Source: Coniocarpon cinnabarinum
Lineage: Eukaryota
Assembly: GCA_051942205.1 (NCBI GenBank)
Contig: JAVECO010000137.1
Span: forward strand, 1-63,645
DNA length: 63,645 bases
Direction of reading: 5' to 3'
Position numbers and translations under genes: made by a program
The notes under the pieces: model-generated
What the model saw: the letters and a program-made list of their open reading frames with translations, nothing else
Told to the model about the DNA's origin: nothing
Databases searched by the model: none
In this document: positions 25,300 through 37,599 of the stretch, piece after piece
How positions within the stretch are numbered: position 1 is the first letter of the stretch
How the letters are laid out: each line of letters opens with the position of its first letter

Positions 25300-26151
25300 C
25301 TAGTACAGCACACCCTTTGTGCTCATCATCTCTCCGCTGCCGGCCCCAGCTCGACGTGACGTCGCTTCTCTGCAGGCGACGGCCAGCGCTTTGAACGCGC
25401 TCTCGGCCCTGTGATGGTCGTTATCGCCCCGCAGGCAGTCTAGATGCAGCGTGACCCTGTGTCAAGCAAGTCAGCCTTACTGCGCCTCAAGTTTGCGAAC
25501 GTTCCATCTCACTTTGCCTCTTGAGCCCAGCTCAACAAGCCGTGCGTCAGCATCTCGCAGCTGAGGTCACCAATCTTCTCCCGCTTCAGGCCAAGCTCAA
25601 TCACAGCAAACGGTCTCGCGCTCAAATCGACCACGGCTCGTGACAGCGCTTCATCTAGGGGCGCGTGCCCGGTGCCGAAGCGATCGAGTCCCAGTGATGA
25701 TGTTGCAGAGGCTGTGAGGGACTGATGGAAAGCTGCACCGAGCGCAAGGAACGTGTCCTCGGTGGTGTGATGGTCGTCAACTGCGGAGGCATGGTGTCAA
25801 TTCCGTGTGACGTAGATTCCATAGAGAGACCGTAGCTCCCTTCAATTGCTGTTGAACAAAGGCTGAAAGTGTTGACTCACTGTGAAGATCTCCATTCGTT
25901 CTCAAGTAAAGGCTCCATCCAGCATGCTTAGCCAACGCGTGCAACATGTGATCTAAAAATCCAATACCAGTGTCAACGTCAATGTACTGGGCTTTCGATG
26001 CTTGAAAGGCATGCTTGTTCTTGCGCTCTCCATTCACGGTCGCTGAGTCGGGAAGCTCTATTTGGCCTCCGTCGATGTCCAAGACTATTTCAATTTGTGT
26101 CTCCTTGGTGTTGCGCTGCACAACTGCAGAGCGCCTGCTTGCATCGGTCAT
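25300..26151 (-). CDS. HIS3: Imidazoleglycerol-phosphate dehydratase; 3 exons
   Basis: [48 protein letters not shown]; ends STKGVLY*. Confidence 0.96.
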
Positions 26152-26292
26152 TTTTTCAGATTTTAGAGATTATTGCTTTCATAGCTTCCTGTCTAGCTAA
26201 GTAGTTATCCAGAACAATTTGACTGTGATAGTGGGCAGCGATGAAACATATCGCTCTATTGTTTTAGTTTCTTATAGTTCTTACGTAGGCGC

Positions 26293-26298
26293 GAGTCA
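26293..26298 (-). promoter_or_regulatory. Putative Gcn4/Cpc-1 element (TGACTC) upstream of HIS3
   Basis: GAGTCA on + (TGACTC on -), ~140 bp upstream of the HIS3 ATG. HIS3 is a classic cross-pathway control target, but a hexamer can occur by chance. Confidence 0.35.
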
Positions 26299-26434
26299 CG
26301 GCGCCAAGACTCCGGGTCAACGAATGAATGTCACTAGGTTTTGATGGAAGAAATATTGCCCTCGATACGGCGTTCGGAACATTTGAAGTTATCTTTTGCA
26401 GAAGCAAGTTTGCACTCAAAATCAGCGGCGCAGG

Positions 26435-27037
26435 ATGTCTTCAGATGCAGAGATGGGTGATGCACCCGTAGCAAATGGCACGAATGGAGATGCGCATGTC
26501 GACGAGGACGCTCCTCTGGACGATGGTTACAGGCATTGGCAGAGAATTAGAGTGGTACTTTGACTCCGCAAACCTTTCTCAACGCAAGACCGACGCTGAT
26601 GGAGGTTGCAAGCTACCTGGCGCAAGCGACACTGCTGCATCGTTTGAAATAATGTACGAAGATCATTCGCTAGGCAACGCACTAAGACACATGATCATGA
26701 AGAAGTGAGTCGCAATCCTCGACAGGCCCTAAGAATGCAGGCATCTCGTAGTGGTGCTGAAATGATGCAGCCCTGATGTCGAGTTTTGTGGTTATTCAAT
26801 ACCCCATCCAGCCGACCCGAAAATGAACATCAGGATTCAAACGTTTGGTAAGTGACTCGTCATTCTCATGGCATCTCGGCAGGAGAGTCGTGCTCATCGC
26901 ACTGAGTAGACGATGTCAATGTTTATGACGTCCTCGAGAAAGGGTTGAACGATTTGGAAGAAGTTTGCGACATCATGCTCGGAAAATTTCGGACTGCAAA
27001 GGACGAGCATGGCAAGCAGGAGGAGATGAGGAGCTGA
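26435..27037 (+). CDS. RPC19: RNA polymerases I and III shared subunit AC19 (RPAC2); 4 exons
   Basis: LPGASDTAASFEIMYEDHSLGNALRHMIMKNPDVEFCGYSIPHP..KMNIRIQT after splicing. Confidence 0.95.
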
Positions 27038-27174
27038 GCACGTATAACCTTGCGAAGGAACCAGTCGCAAGGTGAGGAGAGGAGGGTGAAGCCCGATGCA
27101 GCTTCCTGCTCCGCATCTTTTCCAGCATGAGACAGCATAGCACTGGCGTTGGGATGTTTTGAACAAATTCAAAT

Positions 27175-27729
27175 CTAATTTCGACCCTATGAAAAGTCAG
27201 CACCTCGATCAGCTGTACGATATCAGAGCTTGTGTCCCTTACTTCTAAAAAGCCGCTAATGAAGTTCTTCGGTACTCTTGCTTTTGGATCCTCCTCACCC
27301 CGAAAATATTTCATGACATGATTCAACTGCTTCCAATAGTTCAACGTTTCCTGGAACTCGGCGTCACTCTGGAAGATCAGCACATCGACTGTCTTCAGCT
27401 GGTTGACGAATCTATTTCTTTCGAACTCCTGCCGTAATTTGGTTCGGATGGCGGATACGGGCATGTTTAGGGAGTACATTTGCTGGATTTCGGGACCCTT
27501 TGCGCTCAGCATTAGTGGCGTTCGCAGGATGTCGATCTGTATGGACATACAGCTCTCAGCCATTCTCGATATGATGATATGACCCTTCGCTTCGCTTCGT
27601 CCCAGCTTTGCGCTGCGGGTTGTTAGTATTAGCCGACCAAGGACACGAATGGGTGTGCGACGGACATGATCGGGTCGTTTTCGCCAAGTATGTGGCATTT
27701 ATGACCCGTCTGCAGAGCGTGGGTCGCAT
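27175..27729 (-). CDS. NDUFA6: NADH:ubiquinone oxidoreductase LYR-family subunit (14.8 kDa/B14); multi-exon
   Basis: INATYLAKTTRS, PEIQQMYSLNMPVSAIRTKLRQEFE, FQETLNYWKQLNHVMKYF; ends FISGFLE|GRN*. Start codon somewhat uncertain. Confidence 0.92.
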
Positions 27730-28162
27730 CTTGAATGTCACCAAGCTATCATCAGGCCCGTGAAGACGACTTGTCGACCCAAGCTGTTTGTTCCTAGCTA
27801 CTATAGCTGTCTGGGGTGCCTTAATTTTGAGGTAAGAGATCTCTTGAGTCAATGACGGATTTACGAACTGCTAACCCCGTCTCTGTCAGTAGGTAACGTT
27901 CATGTGAACGAGCGTCACGCTTCGTTGCTGCCTCCACAACATCATCACGCCAATAGGTATTCAGCGTCGCCTCGTCACCAAAAGCAGCTGCACTGCTTGG
28001 GTCATCAATCGACCCAACACATTTGCGCATCCGCATACTCTTGGAAGCACTACTCTTGGAAGGAAACAACAAGGCGTTACTTCCTCAGTGTGCTGAGTTA
28101 ACACGGCAGACGCAAATTGGGCATTGCTTCGCGCAGACTCTCGGACCCATACACCACCACTC

Positions 28163-28612
28163 ATGCCACCAACACGCTCCACCCACCGCAACCGCAAACC
28201 ACCCCCGGACGGCTTCGACAACATCGAAGGCACGCTCCTCGAATTCTCCCAAAAGCTCAAAGACGCCGAAGCCGCCTCCCACGACGGCAAAAAGCGCAAC
28301 GAAACCCTCTGGCCGATTCACCAGATCACGCATCAGCGCTCCCGGTACATCTACGACCTCTACTACAAGCAGCATGCCATCTCGAAGCCGCTGTACGACT
28401 GGCTGCTGAAGAACAAGTATGCGGATCACATGTTGATTGCGAAGTGGAAGAAGCAGGGGTATGAGCAGCTGTGTTGTGTCCGGTGCATTCAGACGAAGGA
28501 GACGAATTTCAATAGTACGTGTATTTGTCGGGTGCCGAGGAAGGAAATGAAGGAGGGGCAGGAGGTGCAGTGTACGAGTTGTGGGTGCAGAGGGTGTGCT
28601 AGCAGTGATTGA
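28163..28612 (+). CDS. BUD31: Spliceosome component Bud31/Cwc14 (G10 family), intronless
   Basis: KPPPDGFD.IE.TL, HQRSRYIYDLYY, LIAKWKKQGYEQLCCVRCIQTKETNFNSTCICRVP, CTSCGCRGCASSD*. Confidence 0.96.
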   Translation: MPPTRSTHRNRKPPPDGFDNIEGTLLEFSQKLKDAEAASHDGKKRNETLWPIHQITHQRSRYIYDLYYKQHAISKPLYDWLLKNKYADHMLIAKWKKQGYEQLCCVRCIQTKETNFNSTCICRVPRKEMKEGQEVQCTSCGCRGCASSD

Positions 28613-29538
28613 GTGGCTGGATGCGGGGACGACTAAATACCTAAAAGAACGACACCCGACGAGACATCATCAGACCCACAAACGAGTCACCTATTTAGCG
28701 ACTGATGAGAGATGACATACAATGTCAAAAGCATAGTGCTTATGGCTGTGCAATACGCAGAGACGGCCAATCAAACAAGACTTAGCGGAGGATGGAAGAT
28801 CACCGCGCATGCCTGCGGACCAGCATCTAGTTGAGCAATGGACGCTTTTCACAGGGGAGATCGAATAGCATTAAGGAGCTATAGCTCCTCGAAATGCTCA
28901 CAAAGCACGGAGAATACGAACCATACTTGTGTCGCCCCCGAAGAGAGAGAGGGTTCTATGCGCGCATCACAAATACCACGAGGGAGGACCAGTTTATCAG
29001 ATGATACCCAAGTTTCGATTTACAGCTGAGCTGTCCCTCCCAGAGTCGGCCGACTCGACATAATGGCCTCCAAGCTTGATACTGACCACTAAGCTCTCGA
29101 ATGGCTTTTGGACATGCATTGGTAAGAAGGCGCGGCGTGAGCCGGGTGGCGGTGTGTTTAGGCAAACGGAGACATCAGTAGAGAGCATCGAAGATGGATG
29201 CAGGAAATTTGCTAGTCCACTGTTGATTCATAGCTCATGACAACTCTTTCGACATTACAACTGGCCATATCTGAACGTCACAAAGAGATCCGGAGGACGC
29301 AGCAGCAAGCAGCAAGCAAATTTTCGGTAGAAACAAAAGCAACAACGAGACCATAAATATGTCATGCTCTAATTTCTGTATGTCCGAGTATCGTACACTT
29401 TTCTTGTAATCGTCCTGACAAGGACAGGATGATACGAATAAAGGAAAACGCCTCCGTCCCATCTATCATGCTACGCCATTAACCATGCTCATTTCGTATC
29501 TTACCATTTCGGTGGCACCCGTGACAACAGGTAAAGAC

Positions 29539-32500
29539 TTAGCTGCCACGGAACAAGAATTGCATATCCTGCGGCGTCAACTTCTCCATCGAAACATCAT
29601 CCTTGTTCACCGTGCTATTGATCATGTGTGCTTTCTTCTCCTGCAGAAGCACAATACGACTCTCGATGCTGTCTTCAACGACGAGACGCGTGATGACGCA
29701 AGGACGCTTTTGGCCAATGCGGTGGCAGCGGTCGGCAGATTGCCACTCGGCAGCTGGGTTCCACCATCTGTAAGATACATTAGCAAACATACTCATTACT
29801 TGAAATGTAAATGTTCGTAGACAACGGTAGACTCACGGATCAATGATGAAGATGCGACTCGCTTCAGTCAGGTTCAACGCCACACCGCCTGCTTTCAGAC
29901 TAACCAAGAAGACCTCCACATCGGTGTTATTCATGAAATGCTCGATGCTCTTCTGACGCTGCTGAGGACTCATGCTGCCGTCCAACATGACAGTATTGAA
30001 GCCAGCGCGGCGCAAACGCCACTCCACCAGTTGCAACATGCTTGTGAATTGCGAAAATACGATTGACTTTGTCGTCTGCTTTGGACTGCGCAATTTCCAG
30101 AGGTCGTACACCAACATTTCGATCTTAGTCGAGGACGTCCAGTTCTCCATCTTGATGCGGTTAATGATCGAGTTGGACTTGACGTTCTCTGCGTCCTGCT
30201 CGATCTCTGGCTGGTCGAAGTCGACAGATAGAGGAATGTGGCAGCGTGGGCAATCGGGTGTGGCGTCGCTGTTCTCGCACGTCTTGACAAAGTCCTTGGC
30301 GCAAGCCCGGCAGAACTCATGCTTGCACTGGGAGCGGATGGCGTCTTCGGCGGGCTCGTCGCAGATGTTGCACACGAGCACATTCTGACCACCTTCCGCC
30401 TTCTTTTTCGTGATGAGATCTGGATGGTCCGACACCTGACGCATCTGCATGATCAAGCCGAAAATGTTGGCGTAGTTGTCAAGCATGACACCACGAGCGA
30501 CGTAAGTATCGAACTTGCGAGCAGATTGTCCCATGATGCTATTGGCGAAGTCCTTCTCGATCTCACCAAAGAACTCGTTGTGGATAATGACTTCCTTGGG
30601 TGGTAGCTCCATGGATGCTGTGTGGTCGCGCTTCATGCGGCGGAGCATGATGCGGTCGGTTAGCAGTCGCAGCTTGCCGAAAGCGGTCTTGCGAGAGGTA
30701 TCATCTTCGGCTGTGGTGATTGGATTGAGTATTTCCTGGTTAAAGACCGAGACGTGATCGAGACCACGGCATCTGCATTGTGTACAGCGATACTTCTTAT
30801 CCACGCTCCAATGAAGTGCCGAACAGGGGCAATTCTTGCAAAAATAGTTCGCAAACGGCGTACACCCAAGGAATCGGAGCAACGAGAAGAACTCTCCAAT
30901 ACGATTCTGAACAGGCGTTCCAGACAGACACCACTTGTACTTTCCCTTCAACGCAAAGCAGGCCTTGGCCACGCCAGTAGTGCGTGATTTGATGCTGTGA
31001 GCCTCGTCAAGCAACAAGCGGTGGAAAGTAATGGAGTGGATGGCAGAGTCTTCTTTGACGATTTTGTCATCGCGGCTCCAACCTTTCGTTTCCTTGCGGT
31101 AAATGGATTCGAGACTGGAGTAAGAAATCATGATCACGTCGTATGATTTGAGCTCCTTCACAGACATCTTCTTGGCCTTGGTGTTGGATCCATGATAGAC
31201 AAGTACCTTCAGCTTGCCGTCTGTATATTCGGAAATCTCTGTACTCCATTGCATGAGTGCCACAGGGGGAACGACAACAAGAGCTGGATCCTTTTGAGGA
31301 TAATCTGACATGATCAGCGACACTGCCTGTATGGTTTTGCCCATTCCCATCTCGTCACCAAGGAGGCCCCCACCCCACTTGGTTTGTTCCTGCTTGCGCA
31401 TCCAGTTGAGCCCTTCAAGCTGAAATGATTTCAGGCTGCGCGTGATTGATTGTGGTTGCTCAGCGGCCTCAGTAGGAATGAGCGGCACCGCAGCTAAGTC
31501 ATCCCACATGGTCTTGATCTCCGGATGAGCTTCCTCGAGACGAAGGCGCTCCCAATCTGCACGAGACATCCTCAGTCGTCGGCGTCGACTAATGGCAGGT
31601 CGTTGATTTCCCCGACGGCGTTGAGTTCTTGGTTGAGCGGCTGTTACTGGTGGTGCAGCAGGGGCATCTGAGCCAGAGGAATCAAGGGATTCGGCTTCTG
31701 AGAGGTCATCCTCGGATTCGCTATCAAAGTATTTGAGCTCGGATCCATCGTCACTGATGAAATCAGACTCGTCATCGCTGTCGTCGACAAAACCATCTTT
31801 TAATTTCAGATTCTGCCTGGCCTTGTTTGCACTGGTTCTAACAGAGCGCTTGGTCGAGCTTGCGGTCTGAAACCCTTTGCCTTTGCCTTTATTTGTTGCA
31901 GGCGTTGCGGGCGCCTTGCCATTCTTTTTGCGCTTCTTGGAAATCGGCTCGTCGTCTGAGCTGATCTCGATTGGGTCTGATAACTCAGAAAGATCGTCAT
32001 GGTGAGCAGCATCATCGTCACTGTCAGAGATGAGGATTTTTTCATCTAGAATACGAGATGGGCCTGTCTTTTTCCCTTTGCGGGCATCATCAATGTTGTA
32101 TTCCTCTTCCTGCAAAGCCTGTGCTATTTCGGCGTCTCCTTCGTTTTCCTGATACCACTCAACCTTGAGAGATGAAGGCGCCGACCTCTTGCGCTTGCTG
32201 GTAGGAGCTACAGATACAGTGGGTGTCACAGAAGCGCTAGTCTCTGGGGTCTCATACCCATCCACCATGGAGACTGAATCTGGCGACGACAGAGTAGAAG
32301 GATTGGTGGACATTGATGCAGGAGACTTGCGATGACCCGCAGCGCCACTTGGTACATTTACATACACGCCTCGAAAAGAGGATGCATCAGACGTAGCGAC
32401 CGGGGAGGGGCCAACGTTGTTGGCTGCGGAGTAAGGCGTTAACGGGACTTTAATAGCAGTTGTGAAGAAAAGGCGCAGGCGGAGAAGCTGAGTGCTATGA

Positions 32501-32560
32501 GGGAGGAAACGACATACCATTGGATGCTGCACCCCTTTTAGGCCGACCGCGAGGGGCCAT
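29539..32560 (-). CDS. RAD16: DNA repair SNF2 helicase/RING E3 ligase Rad16; 3 exons
   Basis: [21 protein letters not shown]3HC4 RING ([19 protein letters not shown]), [34 protein letters not shown]. Likely first exon [14 protein letters not shown]. Confidence 0.96.
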
Positions 32561-32911
32561 CCTTTCTCTTGAGGCAACTTGCAGATGGTTGCAGGCGTGC
32601 GAATATTGCAAGAAGCCGACAACTCAAGAGATGAAAGGCTTTGAGTGGGGAGAAAATAAGACAAGCGGTCACACAGGCAAAGGAGGGAGATCTGAGAATT
32701 GCCACTTCAGCCAATCGCGTCGCCGATCACTGCCAGGCTGCCACGGCTACCTACACGATGGCGCTAGTCCCAAAACGCGACTGTGACGCGAATTCCTTCG
32801 ACGTGCCAAGGAGTGTGACGTAGTTAGTCAGGTACGGAATTCTTCCTAGTCACCAGGGGCTCGGATCTATCAAGCGCTGGACTTCTCCACCACCTTCGTC
32901 GAGCATGTAGA

Positions 32912-34202
32912 TTACTTCACTGATGAACCCACTTCCTCTACCGCCTTCTCCAAGTCCTCGTGTTGCGGCAGACCCTCACGCTCACCCATCTTCCACACCT
33001 TGTTCTCCATGTCTCGGCTGACGAACAACCAGATCAATGCACACAGCCAGCTCATGATGGTGTTGAAAAAAGGTCGATCCCGGACGCTCCCTTGCCATGC
33101 ACTTGCTTTCATCACCTCGCCCATGATGCCTTGCGTGGTGACCATGGCTTGCCCTTTCTCAAGTCCCGCAATGGCACCCGCAGCTGCTTGCAAAGGGCTC
33201 TGCGCTTCGTCGCCTTCCTCAAGCAAGGTGGTCACCCTGTGCTTGGTCTGATTCTCTCGCTCTAGACCTGGGCTTTCAATGGTTCCAGGGAACACGATAT
33301 GTGTCTTCATCAGTGGTGCCGGATCTCTCTGCTTGGTGAATGCCCCGTTGTAGAGATTGAGTTCAGACTTCAGTTGATCATGCAAGCTCCGAAGGGCGGC
33401 CTTGGTTGGAGAGTAAGGCGCATAGCCAGCCAAGGGCACGAAAGCAGCAGTGGACGAAGTCATGATGAAGTGCCGCGCCTGATGAGACCCCGGAGCAGGG
33501 GCGTCGGGCCGCGAGAGATCAGTAGATTGGTCAGGGTGTGGTGAAGCGAGCCAGGCCTTGAGGGTTGCTTGCGCAAGGAAGGCAACAGAAAAGTAATTGA
33601 CATCCATTTGCCCGCGCAGGGTTTGCTCGCTGGCGTCGAGAAATAGAGAGGGGTTTGATGCGCCTGCAATTGCCCAGACTATGTCCGGCGGGTTGCCATA
33701 ATTCCATCTCGTTGCCTCATTGATGAGGACAATGTTCGACGAGCGAGATGAGACGTCGGCAGATATGGCTGTAAACCGCTGGGTCTGTGGTTGTTGAGCC
33801 GCTGCCTGGGTACCCCACAGGAGTTAGCTCAGACAAATGGTTCACTAAACACTCAGAACAGGTCTCGGTGATGTTGAGTTTCATTTCTAGCCTGACCACC
33901 ACACCGCACGTACCGTAATGTCCTCGAGCGCTCTGTCTAACCTCTCTTTATTGCGCGCAACAATGATGATGTTGGCGCCCTTTGCGCTGAGCAACTTTGC
34001 GGCGCTCAAGCCCATACCTTCGGAGGCGCCCGTGATCAGGACAGTCTGCAATCGTCGTCAGTCGGAATCATTTGTCTGCCTTCGACGTAATATTCACCCT
34101 CCCATCCACGGGCATTTGATTCCCTCTGTTCATCCATGCCCAGGCCATAGCAACGGCAACGAACGCGGAGAAGCTAGTGAGCAAGACTGTGTAAAAGAGC
34201 AT
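32912..34202 (-). CDS. TSC10: 3-ketodihydrosphingosine reductase (SDR family); 3 exons
   Basis: N-terminal hydrophobic segment, TVLITGASEGMG, MDVNYF, YAPYSPTKAALRSL, FPGTIESPGLEREN.TK. Confidence 0.88.
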
Positions 34203-35807
34203 CTGATCAAGGTCAATGGTCGAAGCCGGCGTGCACGCTGCCCTGCGCCTTGCTGTATCTCTCTTCTACACGCGCAGAGGTATGTTGAAAACCACTCGCT
34301 GCCAGGCACTACGCGCTTCTGGTGCCTTGATGGTACAAGTCAACCTACGAAGTAGACAAGGACAAGTCCGTGCTAGCGCGCCAAGGATAGCCCCGGATGG
34401 TCCAGGTTGGTCTAGCTCCCGCAATCGCCTGTCTCGATGTGCCTGTCTTAGACTCCCGCTCGATGGATTTCTCCTGCTTCCCAAAGCTGGCGCAAGCTCC
34501 CGCGTACTTCTATGAAGTGCTCTGCGAAACAGCTGAAACCGGACGGCAGGGAGTATTGCCTCGAGACATCTATCCGTGTGTCACAGAACCGCACTTGCAC
34601 AAGGTCAGTGGAGGGCAGAGTTTGACCACACATTATTGGCCTTGGCTGTCCTGCAGCAGTGCAAGCCGCATGCAACGCAGCGTTCTGCAAGGCAAATTCT
34701 CTCCACATCCCTCGCAGGCCTAGAACCCCACTATCTCACACCCTTGTCCAGGAAGACGCTTCTCCTTTGGTGGATGCAGAAGCCTTGGCTGACTGATGCA
34801 ATGTTCTATGGAAAGAGATTTTGCATTGTGGAAGTTGGAAACCAGTCTTCGGCTTAGCCACAACTAAGCGCGCGCGCCATCCTGATCTGCACGGCAAACC
34901 TGCGGGGCGACGAGCTTCATCAACTTTTCCCATCTAAAACGGCACGTTGAGGGAGCGGAGCTCTCCATTTGTGGCGCCAGCGTAGCAGCTCCTCCTGCAG
35001 CCACTTCACATGACCAGAGCGCTGCTCCCGAATTGGTCATTAAGATCGAGTATCTGCGCCAAGTAGATGCGGGCGACTCAACACATGTAGAACATGATAG
35101 GCTCGCTCATGACGAATTGAGTCAGTGTTCCCGCCGGCGAACGTTCAGTAGTATTCACCGCACCTGAATTGTGGCTGTCCAGTGTCCCATGTCATGTTGC
35201 GATCTTTTCTTTCCGAGGTATTTGATGTATACACGCTCGCAATGCTGCAGATGGCCGATATTCCGATCTGAACAGCGCACTTTACGTGCTCTCTCACCAC
35301 TAGGTGATGTACGAGCGTGAAAGGACGGCGATTTGTATGCAAATGTAGGACTTGTCATCCACTGGCAGAGTCAGCGCCTATCCACAGACATCCACTCACA
35401 AGAGCAGTGCTGCGAGGTCTATGCGAGGCAGCTTCAGCCAAGCTGAGCAATACGTCACGCCAGGACGCGAGCGTCTGCGCATGAACAAGACTGTATAGAT
35501 GTCGCGACGCTTGTCCAGCCCCAGCCCGTTTGCCTCGTACTACCTACCTTGAACATTCTAAACGGCCTCCGCAAAAGGAGTGTCAAGTCTGGCGGTTGCT
35601 GATTTACGACATCATCAGTCTTGCCACGAGTCTTGACTGCCTTCTAAGTAGATGCCTGAAAGCTTTCGGCCAGCCATCTGCGCTTCACCAAAAACAAAGA
35701 CATCTCCCCACCAAGAATGAGATTTGCGCTTTCTCGCAACGATTCGCATCAGCTCCGGAGCGCAGAGATTGGGCTCCCTCACTATTTTGATCAACTTGGC
35801 TCCTAAG

Positions 35808-37117
35808 ATGGTGGACTACTCTGCAAGTGGCCTAGAAACAGCATCGATTGTGTTTGCATTCGTGTCGGTCCTTTCAGTCTGTCTACGATTCTGGTCACGG
35901 CATGTCAATCCAGGAATCCACGTGTGGTAGGCTTCGATGATTTGCGGTGATGCAGATCTCAGACTGACATTCTAGGCTGGATGACTGGCTTGTCCTTGTT
36001 GCATTGGTGAGTAACGTCTGCTCTTCCGTCTTTGGATCAAAGGGAGACTGACAGCTCATCCGACTCCAGTTTCCATGCCTTGCCGTCCTCTCGATATGCA
36101 TCTGGGGATCTCGCCGTGCTCTGGGAAAGCATGCCAACGAGATCACGCCCGAACAGCTCAGCTCAACATTGAAGGGATACATGGTTGCCATCATGTGCTT
36201 CGATGTGGCTCTTGCAGCAGGCAAACTCTCAGCGCTAGCCTTCTTCGTGCGCGTCTTCGGTTGGCGCAGAAACCCGAGTCGTTGGTGGAAAATCGCCATA
36301 TCGGTTGGAGTCTTTCTCGCCTTGAGCCATACCCTGATCGACCCGCCAGTCTCTGTAACCATGTGCAAACCCGTTCGAAAATACTGGGATCAGTCTGCGC
36401 CAGGACACTGCAGCAGTCAGGTTGTAAATTTCGCCACTATGACATGCTATAGCATCCTCACTGATATTTACATCCTCGTACTTCCTATTCCACTGATCAT
36501 CAAACTTCACATGAGAAAATGGAAGAAGCTCCTTGTGGGCGTCACCTTTGCAGTGGGATATGTGTGAGTATCACAGATCTAGACCGAGCCAATAACAAAC
36601 TCACAGAACGATAGTGTGCCTGTCGTATCCATAGGTCGCATGATCACTGCAGGTTTTGTCGGTAATGAAATGACGACTGATTTTACATGTGAGTTAAAGA
36701 AACATCGCATGGATTGAGGCGAACTTCTGATAACCGTCTCGCATAGATGCGTTTGTTCCTGTGGCATTCTGGTGCGTCGCTGAACCCAGTGTCCTCATAT
36801 TGGCGGTCAGTCTGCACGCTCTCTTCCAGCTCGCGAGGCGCGGCTGGCAGTTCGGTCCTTACGCCCTGTTAAGTTCACGCGACTACTCGTCACTTCCTAG
36901 CAACAGGACTACCATATGCGAGACGAGGAATGAGTCCTTGTTTCGGCTTAGCCACCTGCAGGCAACATACAAACCACAGGCAGCTCAAGTCCAACAATCT
37001 GAAGTGGCCGTGGAGATCATTCAGCATCAGCAATCACATTCACGAGAGTATGACCAGGTTCTGGAAGTACCAAGGACGACATGCACGACTAAAGACTTGA
37101 GACAAAGCCCTGACTAG
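35808..37117 (+). CDS. PTH11-like multi-pass membrane protein (no CFEM); multi-exon
   Basis: V.LRFWSR..W|LDDWLV, KLSALAFFVRVF, CKPVRKYWD..PGHC, ILTDIYILVLPIPLI.KLHM, FWCVAEPS. Confidence 0.85.
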
Positions 37118-37599
37118 AATGATTTTGATGGTGCACTCTTCGTGACACCCCTTTACCTTGTTTTCAACTACTTACATCCGGCCATACTGTTTCACTGTTC
37201 GAAGGTGGGGCGTGAGAGCATCGCTTCCTCAATGCTTCCGGCCTGGGCATGCGAATTCGTGGCCTATGTGTCGGAGTGTACCTAGGTACCTAGGGAACAA
37301 GGAAAAGTCTTATCAGTGACGCCTGATAAACAAGGCGACACGGAGATCTCAACATCAGCCCTATGTCCCTCGGTCCGGCCGCGGCAACGCCCGCCACTTT
37401 CGAAACTTTGCGCCCTTGAGCTCGCGTAGCTTAGCATCATTTGGCACTTCGGCTACCGGATACTTGACAGTTTCTTGAGCCGACGACAGATTCACAGGCC
37501 ATGAACTGCAACAATGAAAGTGCAGGCGTTTGCCTCCATTTCGTATCACAGCCTGCGCGTGCTGCATACGTTGTATGGTAACGCAGCTGGTCCAGAGCG

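Noticed and set aside
34216..35790. Many short ORFs between TSC10 and the PTH11-like gene
   Set aside because: No recognisable coding signal; likely a divergent promoter region.
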